DNA from: Yuukianura sp. NJ FZ-2021
Lineage: Eukaryota
NCBI GenBank assembly: GCA_046563655.1
Contig: CM102283.1
Location: 558,001-622,000 of the forward strand
Direction of reading: 5' to 3'
DNA length: 64,000 bases
Part shown: in pieces, positions 1 to 10,674 of the stretch
Position numbering within the stretch: the stretch's first letter is position 1
How the letters are laid out: every line of letters begins with the position of its first letter
Notes under the pieces: generated by a model
What the model saw: only the letters and a program-made list of their open reading frames with translations
Databases searched by the model: none
Told to the model about the DNA's origin: nothing
Position numbers and translations under genes: made by a program

Positions 1-1990
1 CCACGAGTTTTGGAGAAGCGCTAATTCCCTCCGAGGTCAACCTAAATCCAACAAAATCAACATTTTCCCGCATGAACTCACATTTTTCCCTCTTCAGAAA
101 AAAGTTGCGGTCCCTCATCCGCGACAGAATGAGGCGTAGGGTGTTGAGGTGGGTTGTCTCATCATGCCCCGTGCAGATGACGTCATCCATGTAAGCACCA
201 GCTTTTGGAATTCCAGTCAAGAGTCCATCCATGAACTCTTGGAAAATCGATGGTGACGATGAAATGCCCTGAGGAAGTACGTTGTACTGGTATAACCCCT
301 TGTGAGTGTTGACTACCAAGTACTTTCTGCAACTTTCGTCTACTGGGATTTGGTGGAAGGCGTCAGGGCCATCTAATTTTGTGAATTTCTGTCCACCAGA
401 AAGCAAGTTAAACAAATCCTCAGTACGAGCAATGGGATACTGGTTAATGTTCAGTTGGCAATTAACAGTGTTTTTGAAGTCCCCTGTAATTCTGACTTTA
501 CCGTTGGGCTTTAAAACGCAAACGAGAGGTGATGCCCAGTCAGAATGCTCGACTATTGTCAGTACTCCTTGACTCACCATTAGATCCAATTGTTCGTCGA
601 CCTTTGACCTGAGTGCGAACGGAATTGGACGAGCCTTGAGGAATCTGGGTTGTGCGTCTTCCTTCAGGACAATTTTTGCACGAAAATCCGTGACTGACCC
701 AGTTGGATTTTCAAAAACCTGAGAAAATTCAGTTAGCACACTTTCCAGGGTTAAATTTTTCATCATGTTACAATGAGACAAATTTTTTCCAATTTCAACC
801 CAATTTAGTTTTACCTTTCCCATTAAGTCACGACCAAGTAGGGAAGAACCAGTTGTCACTGGAAATTGGTGTGACACTTTTTGACCATGGTACGTGACTG
901 TCGTTGGTAACTCACCCTTTGGTCGAAACGTCACGTCAGGATATCCTTTGAAGACGAGGCTGGACTTTTTCAAAGTCGGAGATCCGAGACTGGCCCAAAA
1001 ATCCTCCGAGAGCAGACTGTGCTCACAACCTGTGTCTAATTCAAAGGAATGTGGAACACCATTGACAATTAGACTTACGCACAGTTCCTTACGTTTCCCA
1101 TAATGAACATGGTTGACAGACGAGATGTTTGAAACTTTCCCGTGTCCAGAATTGTCACGTTGGGCAGGGACTGACTTGCCCTTTGACCTGCAGTATTTTG
1201 CGTAGTGGCCCTTTTTCCCACACGAGTGACATTCTACGTCCTTCTTGTCACAGTCCTTGGCAGTCGAGTGACGATTGGATCCACAGTTCGGACAATTCTT
1301 CTTCTGATTTTGACTTTCCTGTGGAACATGATTAGGTTTCGGTTTAAACTTTTTACCGTTTCCTTTCCCTTTACGTTGAAATACTGCGTTGACTGTTTCC
1401 TCTTTTTGCTCTGTTTTCCCGTCTCGGATCAGCTGTTGTGATTTAATCGCAAGTTCGTGCGATTGAGCGAGAGAGAGTACGTCAGCCAGGGAAATATCAT
1501 CTTCCTTCGTGAACAGTTGTTTTTGTGCAGCAGCATTTCCTAAACCTAGAATGAACTGGTCACGGAGGCGAGTATCGAGACAACAAGTGAATTTGCATGT
1601 AGTTGCCAATTTTCGCAATTCGGCCAAAAATTCAGCAACCGACTCACCATGTTGCTGTACCCTTTTTCCAAACTTAAAACGTTCGGAAATTACCTTAGGA
1701 GACGGTTTGAAGTGCTTAGAGAGTGTATCGATTAGCACTTGCAGTGTTTTGGATGTAGGATCCTCCGGCGAAAGGAGATCCTTTAGGAGCGTGTACGTAC
1801 GCATCCCTAGAGACGAGCAGAAGACGGCCTTACATCTCGTGTCCTGTTCCTTTTCGTCGATACCGTTAGACAGGAGGAAAAATTTGAATAAGTCCGTCCA
1901 GTCGTCAAAGTCATCTTTGTCATGATCAAAGGACGGAACGGAGCCGATGACGTTAACGAACTGAGTCGTTTTAGAAGAGCCAGAAGCCAT
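1..1990 (-). CDS. Gag-Pol polyprotein of element A (partial)
   Basis: Hand translation from ATG 1990: MASGSSKTTQFVNVIGSVPSFD..., knuckle CHSCGKKGHYAKYC, protease FELDTGC, RT GAYMDDVIC in the same frame near 190. Absence from the ORF track fits a frame open to the window edge. Confidence 0.9.
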   Translation of the reverse strand, partial: MASGSSKTTQFVNVIGSVPSFDHDKDDFDDWTDLFKFFLLSNGIDEKEQDTRCKAVFCSSLGMRTYTLLKDLLSPEDPTSKTLQVLIDTLSKHFKPSPKVISERFKFGKRVQQHGESVAEFLAELRKLATTCKFTCCLDTRLRDQFILGLGNAAAQKQLFTKEDDISLADVLSLAQSHELAIKSQQLIRDGKTEQKEETVNAVFQRKGKGNGKKFKPKPNHVPQESQNQKKNCPNCGSNRHSTAKDCDKKDVECHSCGKKGHYAKYCRSKGKSVPAQRDNSGHGKVSNISSVNHVHYGKRKELCVSLIVNGVPHSFELDTGCEHSLLSEDFWASLGSPTLKKSSLVFKGYPDVTFRPKGELPTTVTYHGQKVSHQFPVTTGSSLLGRDLMGKVKLNWVEIGKNLSHCNMMKNLTLESVLTEFSQVFENPTGSVTDFRAKIVLKEDAQPRFLKARPIPFALRSKVDEQLDLMVSQGVLTIVEHSDWASPLVCVLKPNGKVRITGDFKNTVNCQLNINQYPIARTEDLFNLLSGGQKFTKLDGPDAFHQIPVDESCRKYLVVNTHKGLYQYNVLPQGISSSPSIFQEFMDGLLTGIPKAGAYMDDVICTGHDETTHLNTLRLILSRMRDRNFFLKREKCEFMRENVDFVGFRLTSEGISASPKLV

Positions 1991-2176
1991 GTTTAGCTGT
2001 TCCTCAGATTTAATCAGTTAGCACTTACAAAGATTATGAGGTAAGATTTTGATTGGGGAGAGGTCAATTCAAGTGATTGCAATTACCGTACCCAAAAAAC
2101 CGTGATTACCGTGAATCTGTTGTGTAGCTGTGCCTTCTTCCGATGACTGATTGATTGGTTAACTAGCCACGCCAAA

Positions 2177-2391
2177 TGTGGTGTATTTGGCAATTTAAAT
2201 AAATGATTATTTATTTAACTGAAAAACTTAATACTAAATTAAGTGTGGGTTGAGCGGCACTCAAACATTGAGTGCCAAAACTATGTGATTTTGAGAGAGT
2301 GGTCGTGACTTAAAAGTAACCGCCACTCTGGACACAAAACTTAAACTTACGGGGAAGTTGAGACTGCGCTGAAAAGCGCAAATACATTACA
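2177..2391 (-). repeat. 5' LTR of element A (about 215 bp)
   Basis: Plus strand starts TGTGGTGTATTTG and ends CAAATACATTACA; partner LTR is outside the window. Confidence 0.75.
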
Positions 2392-5312
2392 TTCGGAATT
2401 ACCATTTGGTCCCAGATTTTCATGACGGTACTTTTTCTATTCTCGGAACTAAAACAAGAGGTCGACTTGAGTACGATTTTCAAAACCGTGAGTATTTGTG
2501 TGCACTGCTTGGCCTCAGTGACACGCAAACTCAGGAACTTAAGAGCTTGACCGATAGTTTCCCATCACTTTTCTCCTCTCAGTTAGGCCAAACTGATTGG
2601 GTCAAGTGTGAGTTGACACCGTCTCCCGGACCTCCCATTTCCTCAAAACCCTATCCTGTGAGTCCTTTCAAACGCCAACTCATTTCAGACAACATTTCGG
2701 AAATGTTGAAAATGGGAGTCATTGAACCTTCTGATTCCGAGTGGGCTTCCCCTGTATATATGCACACCAAAGACAAAGGTCAGTCTTGGAGGTTTACTTT
2801 AGATTTGAGAAAAGTAAATGCTCGTCTTCCTCACGATCCCTTTCCAATTCCTAGATTAGATTATTTGTTCCACAACTTAGGTCAAGCTAAGTTTCTTTCG
2901 GTTATTGATCTTAAAAAGGGCTACTGGCAAGTAGCCATGGACCCAAACAGCGCCAAGTACACTGCCTTCATTTGTCATGAAGGAAAGTTTCAGTTTACTC
3001 GGATGCCTTTTGGTTTAAAGTCAGCCCCTTCTCTTTTTCAACGTCTTGTAAATAAAATTTTGGGTACAGCGCGAGGTCGCTTTGCTGACGGTTACATAGA
3101 CGACATCATCGTCTATTCAAGTTCTTGGAAAGAACATCTAGAACATCTCAAATACGTTTTTGAGAGATTGAGTTCTGCCGGGCTCACTGTAAATATGCAA
3201 AAATGCGAGTTTGGCAAAACTACTCTTAAGTACTTAGGTTACATTGTCTCTCCAAATGGAATTGAGAGAGATCCGGAAAAGATTTCTGCTGTTTCGGAGT
3301 TTCCCAGGCCGACGACGCCTAAACAAGTACGTCAATTTCTCGGTCTTTGTTCATGGTATCGGCAGTTTGTCGACAGGTTTTCGGAGCTGAGTGAGCCCTT
3401 GAACCGTTTATTGCACAAGGATGTTTCTTTTGTTTGGTCAGATGAGCAGGAGTCTGCCTTTTTAAAGCTCAGAGCAGCTATTTGTTCGGATAATTTGGTT
3501 TTGGCTTTCCCGGATTTCTCTAAAGAATTCATTATTCGGACGGACGCGTCACGAATTGGAGTATCCGCGGTTTTAGCACAGGAGGTTAACGGTTTTGAAC
3601 GTCCCATTGCTTTTGCGAGTCGATCTTTGAATAACGCTGAGAAAAATTACGGTTCAAGCGAAATTGAGTGTGTTGGCATTTTGTTTGCGTTAAAGAAATT
3701 TGAACATTACATTGACGGTCAACGATTTCGCCTTGAGACCGATAACAAAGCTTTGGTTTGGTTGGACAAAATGAAAGATGTCAACAGTAAGTTTACACGG
3801 TGGGCACTTAGGATTCAGGACTTTCAGCCCATTATAACGCATTGTCCCGGTAAACTTAACGTTGTCGCAGACGCACTGTCAAGAGCTCCCGTGGGAGAAA
3901 GCGAGGATTGTGAAGATCACAGAGAAAAACTTAATTTTCCATTAAATTGTTCTTCACCCGCCATTTTTCTTTCACTTACAAGCGAAATTTCATTGGATAA
4001 GCTCAAAGAAGAGCAAAGTAAAGACTTAGAAGTCCAAGCGCTGCTAACGGACATTGGTAAAGACTTCGTAGTGCACGACGGGGTCCTTTATCGCTTAGGA
4101 AAGTACGCTGGAAAGCTCCCTTTCATTCCAAGTTCTTTACGTACTCAAGTTTTGAGCTATTTTCATGATAGACCAGAGTCAGGTCACATGGGTTTTCGCA
4201 AAACGCTCTATCGTCTCCTAAGGCGCGTCTTTTGGTTCGGTATGCACGAAGACATTTATAAGTTTGTTCAATCTTGCGACATTTGTCAGCGTACCAAGAA
4301 TCCTACTTCCAAACCGGTCGGTGAACTGCAAAGCGTTCAAACTCGCGGTCCTTGGGACATGCTCGCATTGGATTTAGTTGGGCCCCTTACAAAAACGCAG
4401 CGTCAAAATACTTTCTTGCTTGTGGTCACTGATCATTTTACTAAATGGGTAGAGTTATTCCCAATCAGAGAAGCTACCACTTCTCAGATCATTAAAAAAG
4501 TCGAGCAGGAAATTTTTTGTCGTTTCGGACGTCCCAGAGCACTATTAAGCGATAACGGTTCCCAATTTACTTCCGATCTTTTCAAAAAGCTTTGCAAAAC
4601 ATGGAACGTCAAATTAAAGTACACTTCGACTTATCATCCGCAGGCAAATATCACGGAGCGCGTAAATCGTAATGTCATCGCTATTCTTCGCGCCTATGTC
4701 GCGCGTAAGCACTCGAAGTGGGACGAAAATCTTCCGGAGGTTGCCATGGCTCTGCGCACTGCGATTTCTGATTCTACCGGTTTTAGTCCCTCCATGCTTA
4801 ATTTTGGTCGTGAATTGTCAACTCCTTTTGATCTTGCGCTTGACGCCTCTGAAAACGACGATTTTGCTGAGTGGACGCAGTACCAACTCACTTTGATTGA
4901 GCGTCTTTCGAAAGTTTACCGTTTAGCGCGAGAGAATTTAGAAAAAGCTCAAGCGTCACAAGCCAAACATTATAATAAGCATCGGCGTTCAGATGCGTTT
5001 CAAGTTGGCGATTTGGTACTTTTGCGTACGCACGAGAAGTCGGACAAAGCGAAAGGCTACATGAAGAAATTTGCGTTTAAGTGGGAAGGCCCTTATATGA
5101 TTTCTGAGAAGGTCACTGATTTAGTTTACGGCCTGAGTTTCTGCGATTCCGACGAATCGGCAGGTCGTCATAATATCGTAAACCTGAAACGATACTTTTC
5201 GAGACCTTCAGCGATCATTTCAGCGCCTGTACCGCCTTCTAAAGTCCCAAAAACTAAGCCTGAGCCTATCGTTAGCAATTACAATTTGCGCAGTCGTAAT
5301 ACAGTTCACTGA
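2392..5312 (+). CDS. Pol of element B (protease tail, RT, RNase H, integrase), interrupted at its 5' end by element A
   Basis: YIDD (RT), TDAS/ETDNK/ADALSR (RNase H), HHCC, DLVGP, SDNG, YHPQAN-TER and WEGPY (integrase). Confidence 0.95.
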
Positions 5313-5340
5313 TTTTCGTTTCTTTTCTTTTGTTTTCAGT

Positions 5341-5931
5341 ATGGCTTCTCAACAACGTTCAGTCCAAGCAAAATTACATTTTCCTCAATGGGAAGGCGAA
5401 AAAGTTAGGGATTTCATTCTCCGACTGATTACGAAGTTGAAAAGCCTGCTGAATCGACAACCATCGGACAAAGAAATCGTTCACTACGCGAAAAGGAACC
5501 TAAATCCTGCTATCCTAGTCGCTATTCCTACTCGTTGGCACAAAACCGGACTTACTACGAGCAAATTAATGCACTTGGACTCGGTTCTGCGCGAGAAGTA
5601 TGCCCCGAGCATTTATTTTTGGAGTCGCCCACGATCTCCTTCTCCTCCGTCACCGGAAGCACTTCCAGACCTTGTAGTGACAGTCCAGAGTCGTCCAGTT
5701 CCTCCTAACGTACCGCAAAGGGCTCCTCCGCCACCGCCACCACCTCCTCCTCCTCCTCCAGTACCTCCAAGGGCTCCTCCGCCGCCTCCTCCTCCGCCTC
5801 CAGCGCAGCCGGCACCTCGTTGTTTTCGCTGCCGCCGATACGGCCATTTTGCCGGAACCTGTACTGTCCGAAGACAGAACAGATTCAAAACGAACAAGAA
5901 ATTCAATCCCCGTTATGCTCGACAGCCTTAA
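5341..5931 (+). CDS. Extra ORF of element B: Gag-like (capsid C-terminal-like, polyproline, CX2CX4HX4C knuckle), 196 aa
   Basis: QWEGEKVRDFILRL...DKEIVHYAKRNLNPAI; CFRCRRYGHFAGTC; preceded by CACTGAT, a pyrimidine tract and CAG ending at 5339. Confidence 0.75.
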   Translation: MASQQRSVQAKLHFPQWEGEKVRDFILRLITKLKSLLNRQPSDKEIVHYAKRNLNPAILVAIPTRWHKTGLTTSKLMHLDSVLREKYAPSIYFWSRPRSPSPPSPEALPDLVVTVQSRPVPPNVPQRAPPPPPPPPPPPPVPPRAPPPPPPPPPAQPAPRCFRCRRYGHFAGTCTVRRQNRFKTNKKFNPRYARQP

Positions 5932-6266
5932 AACGACGATCTTGTGTTTACTGCTAGTTAAGCTGGGGCTAGAGCCCCTTAGTTAAGTGCCTTCAGCACC
6001 ATTTCCAAAATTATTTCTTGTTTTCTGCAAATTTTTGTTCATTTTTCCATTGTTTCTTGATAGTTACTAGTTTTTGTCAACTTTGCCTATAGTCAATTCC
6101 AATTGTTTAGTTTAGTTTGCCAATTTTTGTTTATAGTCGGTTCCATTGGCTTAGTTTCTTTTTCTGTTTTTCAGTTTGCAAATATTTTTTTGTTTTGTTC
6201 ATACTAGAGCTTAGTTTAGCCCTCGTCCAAACCCTGGAGCAACGCTTCATGGCGCGGAGGGGGTGA

Positions 6267-6826
6267 TATGAGGTCAAGGGCCTCATAGGAGAGTTAGTTT
6301 AAGTGTTTAGATTAATTAAAACTAAATTAGTTAGTTAGGGCGAATGCCCATAAGTGTTTGTCCCCTGTCTCCCTCTCCTTTTGGAGTCGGCAGAGCCGAC
6401 AGAAGAACCCAGCGGCACTTCTCCTGCAGCAGCCACGCCGTCAACAGCTCTGCCTTGCTCCGTCCAGCCACAAGTCTGCTTCCCCGGTCAACTGGAGGTC
6501 AACCAGGTCAGATCAGCGTGTGGCCAGTGATTGGCCTAGCCAGTGATTGGCTTGTGGTGGCCAGTGATTGGCCGTAGCCAGTGATTGGCTTGTTGTGGCC
6601 AGTGATTGGCCTCCCTTCCCCCGGATCCGCATTTCGGTTGGTTATGGCCCTTAAGGCCCGTTAGTTTAGCCACAAGGGCTCCTTTGTATTTAGTTAGGGT
6701 TTGTTTGTTTCGTTCGCTACGATTTAAAATAAATCGTAGCCACAAAGATCATCGGTTTTGGGTTTGTTTTTGTTTATTTCATTGTGAGGCTGGAGCAGTG
6801 CAGAGAGGCACTGCTCAAGCCTCATA
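6267..6826 (+). repeat. Putative 3' LTR of element B
   Basis: Follows the PPT; ends TATGAGG...CCTCATA; internal GGCCAGTGATTGGC repeats at about 6522-6612; AATAAA near 6728. Confidence 0.65.
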
Positions 6827-7439
6827 GGGTGGCCAAACCTTGAGGATAGCGTGGGTCAAATCGTAGGTTATAAATACAAGTGGAAACTCTGTAAAAGTAA
6901 CGAATTACAAAGGAACCTATGTGATCAATCTTCTCGGTGTTTGCTTTACGTATTGATGGAATGTTACTACATTCCTAACCTAACCAGGCGCAACAATTCG
7001 AATTCCGGTGAATTCATGAATGTACATCTTGTCCAGAAGGGGATAATGCTGTTAAAAAACAACGAGAAAAACGAAGATGAAAGCCAAAATCCGCGGAAAA
7101 AGTTTCAAACTAAGACAAGAATTTAACTTAATATAAGAAAAAATCTAGATAACCTAACCTACCGGAATCTATTTGTAATTAGAAAGTCGAATTTACTTAC
7201 AGCCATTGTAGGTATTAACGAGTAGGTATATATATTAACAAACGAGATGAGAGTTAAACTCAAAGTTTAGAACAGAAAAACACAATTCAAAAAGTCGAAA
7301 TTAGTTGGTTCCAAATATGATCAAATAACAGCTGATTCAATCAAATTTCAGACAATTGGGGGGTGGAACAGATTCAGTTTTTGCAAAATTTTAATCCTTT
7401 TAAAAAAATAAAAAAGCAAAAATTGAAGGAAACTACTTT

Positions 7440-7580
7440 ATCACAGGGTGAATAGGTCTCGCAGGGTGACTAGGTGTCACAGGGTGGATGGATAGGTCTC
7501 ACAGTGTGACTAAGTCTCACAGGGTGGATAGGTCTCACAGTATGCATAGGTCTCATGGGGTGAATGAGTCTCACACTGCG
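7440..7580. repeat. Degenerate minisatellite (GGTCTCACAGGGTGAATA-like, about 18 bp)
   Basis: About 7 imperfect tandem copies. Confidence 0.7.
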
Positions 7581-7945
7581 ACTGTAGATGCCATGAGGGG
7601 AAATGAAAAGAAATCTCAAACTCAAGAGATTATTGAATCGGAACAAGTTAATTAAAATATATAAGACAAAACAGTTGATCAAACCATTTGTTTTTTGGAA
7701 AAAACTGGGCGCCCCTATTCCTAAGAGTTAACAAACAGTGCAATCTAGAATAATATGGAAGGTTGAGAATAGGAGCAGAATTTGAAAAGAAACTTAAAAT
7801 TTGTTTAGTTTGTTCACTCCATACAAATTCGGAGTCGATGTTATTTGAAAAAAAAAATAATTTTTTAATACGATTAGTTCAGAAAAGTATGGAGAGGGAA
7901 ACATGGGAGTCAGCATAAAATTTCATTTTAAAAATTTTTTATATA

Positions 7946-8634
7946 CAGGGTAGGCGAAGATTAATAACAACAAAACCAAATCGGAACTTGAGATTTTTTG
8001 ATTTTGGGTTGGCGGGAAACAAAAATTGAGCGGGAGTCGGCAAAATTTACCAAACAAAAGACTCAACCCCGTCAGCATGTAAAGTTGAGTTTCCAACAGT
8101 TTGCTTCTAGGAATAGTTAATTAGACTCTATAATTAATTAAGTATTCGTCTTGATTACTAAGGATCCTTTCCTGACTGTTGTAGTGACTGACTTGATTAG
8201 TAAAAAGCCTAAAATTTTAGGGCAGCAGTGACACTTAACATGAAACGCTCCACTCTAAGATATCATCGGAAAACCTGGTGGTCCGATGAAGCAACTTTTA
8301 ATCTGAATGGGACCGTAAATAGGCACAACTGTAAACTGTTGTTATTACGCCAAACAGAATCCGAAGATTCAAGTGCCCGTGCCAATGAAATCGGTTGGAG
8401 TGACAGTGTGGGCTGCCGTTCCGTGTCAAGGCTCTTCCGTGTGGGCCCTTCTTCTTTGACAAGGAAGAAAAAAATGGATTTTCTAATAAACTTAAATTTG
8501 CTAAAAAAGAAAAATAATTCTTGTCATGTTTATTTTGTTATTGATAAATAAATAAATTGCCGACCTTTGGGGACGCTACCACGGTTCATCTTATGAGCAC
8601 GAGATTTTGTTGTTATTAATCTTCGCCTACCCTG
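7946..8634 (+). mobile_element. Non-autonomous Tc1/mariner deletion derivative
   Basis: TIR CAGGGTAGGCGAAGATTAATAACAACAAAA at both ends, TA flanks, transposase remnants WWSDEATFNLNGTVNRHNC and frameshifted VTVWAA/GPFFF. Confidence 0.9.
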
Positions 8635-10232
8635 TACATTTACGAAAGTTCGCAAAAGAAAAACGGACAGGAAAAACGTACTACTTTGAAAAACCTCTTG
8701 GATTTTGAGCTTACAAGAGAATAGGCCTGAGGCAAAATACATTCCAATTCAAATTTCAAAAAGAGTTGATTGAAAACCGCCTGAGGCATCTCCGGTTCCA
8801 GGTCAATAAACACAAAATAACATACGTAGGCGTAGAAATGCTGAAGAATAAGTTGAAGTAACAATTAACGTTACTAAATGTCCATAAACATTAACATGAA
8901 ATTTTGCATTGCCGAGACCAAAAACAAAGTTCTGAATAAATTGATTATAATTGAAATTTTTCAATTCTGCGCTCAGGTTCAATTGAGTTTCAAAATTTCG
9001 GAATTTTGGCACTGAAATTTTTTTCCCTCAAAAACAAAGATTGACTCAAATAGCCTATCTCCACTGTCAGCCTTGGAATGAAGTTGTGCCAATGACGAAA
9101 CGCCCCAAGAATCAAGTTTTCCAATAGAGTTTTGAAAAATTTGACGTCACCTCCAAAGTTATGAAATTATTTTTCGAGTGGAGGAAAGAATCCTACACAA
9201 TTTCCTTGTATCGAAATGTTCCGACCGGACACGAGTGTGACAGCCAATTGGTATGACGAAAAAATAAAGAAAGTCCTAGTAAGTAAAAGTTTTCGCATCA
9301 GTAAAAACAGAATTTAGTCCGAACAGAAAAATGAAAATATGAAAATTTTGAGAAAATTTTCTACAGACCACTGCAGATTCGTCTCATTGTCATATCAGAA
9401 TTAAGGTCATTTTGGAATAGTAGAATTCAAATTTTGAAATTGAGAAGGGGGACTATGTGTTCTTTTCATGGATTTCAAGTCAGAATAATTCAGATTCGTT
9501 GCAAATCGCAAAAATCTAGATAATGTTGTATCTTTTGGAAAAATCTCTCATAAAATTTTGAAAACTGCAGGTAAAAGTATATGAACTAGAAGATAACTCA
9601 TTGTTAATTGTCCAACGTCAATCGGTTGGGTTAGAAAAAAGGCAAAATCAGTCTCTGTTGAAAAACAGACGTTGGCATATTTGGTCGTTGTCACTCAAAA
9701 CCCCCGCCGAAAACTCAAAATTCTAACAAATTTAAAAATTTAGAGATCCTCAAGTCGAGACTTGTCACATTGAACTCTTGAATACATCTGTTAAAATCAG
9801 TTCTAATTGTTGAAGAGGTTGGGATACTTCGGTTCCGTTCTGCCGAATACAACACCACGCTCTTCCGCTAATGGTGATAACATGCTTAACATTCTATGTT
9901 GACCCTACGATTTTTTAGTTAATGTTAGAAAATGAAAAATTTTATGGAGTTAAGAAAAATGTTTGTTTTTTTTTTCGGAAAATTACGCAACTCCAACGCA
10001 GTATGAAATACATGAATACACAAATCCGAATTCAGCGTAACAAAATCAAATCGATCAGTTGTACGATTCTAGAATTTTGTTTTTCAAGGAAAAAAGTGCG
10101 ATATTTAGGCATGGAAAACTTGATGTACAATGTAAGTGTACTTCGTCATCAACTAGAAACAGATCATTGTTCATAAATTTGTAAAAATAACTTTATTAAT
10201 TTTTTCTTAAAGAATTGCATATTGGTGAGTAA

Positions 10233-10674
10233 TGTTGAAAATACCAAACAAGATTATGATTAATTACTTATTAGGATTCATGACTTGTTCTGAATGACTA
10301 ATTAAGGTCTAGGACTTTTTACTACGTAAGTAGGAATCAGGAACAGGAATTGGTCGCCTACAATTAATTAGGTTGTTAATACAAGGTTATTCTTTGTGTA
10401 TAATTTGTTAGAACCAGGAACCAGGAAAATAGTTATAAGGTCAGTTCTGACGCACACTCTAGGAAGAATAACGTTTTAGTTAATGTCACTAGGAAATGAC
10501 TAGTGTTAAGTCTAAGTCACTAGGTTAGTATAAATACTAGTTACCTAGATTGTTAGAAGTAGTAGTGCCTCGTGGAATTTTGGTGTAACAACTTTATTTG
10601 TTATTAAATAAAACTCTCAGAAAATCCAAGTTCAGTTGTGTAGTTTGTGTGGCCTTTATTAAATAATTTCAACA
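10233..10674 (+). mobile_element. Solo LTR
   Basis: TGTTGAAA...TTTCAACA ends, 5-bp TSD AGTAA on both sides, TATAAATA near 10529, AATAAA near 10607. Confidence 0.85.

Larger units (their letters stand above)
1..2391 (-). mobile_element. Ty3/Gypsy LTR retrotransposon A (5' part; runs off the window), nested in element B
   Basis: LTR 2177-2391 with TGT(GG/AA)TGTATTTG inverted ends, PBS-like TGGCGTGGCTAG beside it on the minus strand, then a gag-pol ORF. Confidence 0.9.
2392..6826 (+). mobile_element. Ty3/Gypsy LTR retrotransposon B (3' part: pol, extra ORF, PPT, 3' LTR)
   Basis: RT-RNaseH-integrase order, polypurine tract GGCGCGGAGGGGGTGA at 6251-6266, putative LTR 6267-6826. Confidence 0.9.

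Noticed and set aside
306-1925. Plus-strand short ORFs
   Set aside because: Antisense shadows of the element A gag-pol
5613-5906. Gly-rich and Arg-rich minus-strand ORFs
   Set aside because: Reverse frames of the polyproline codons
5341-5931. env or a host WASP/formin-like gene as the identity of the extra ORF
   Set aside because: No signal peptide, TM, WH2 or FH2 features; it has a retroviral-type knuckle and lies between pol and the PPT
9583-9630. Possible Helitron 3' end (CTAG plus hairpin) for a giant minus-strand element
   Set aside because: Only a 5-bp stem; not distinguishable from chance
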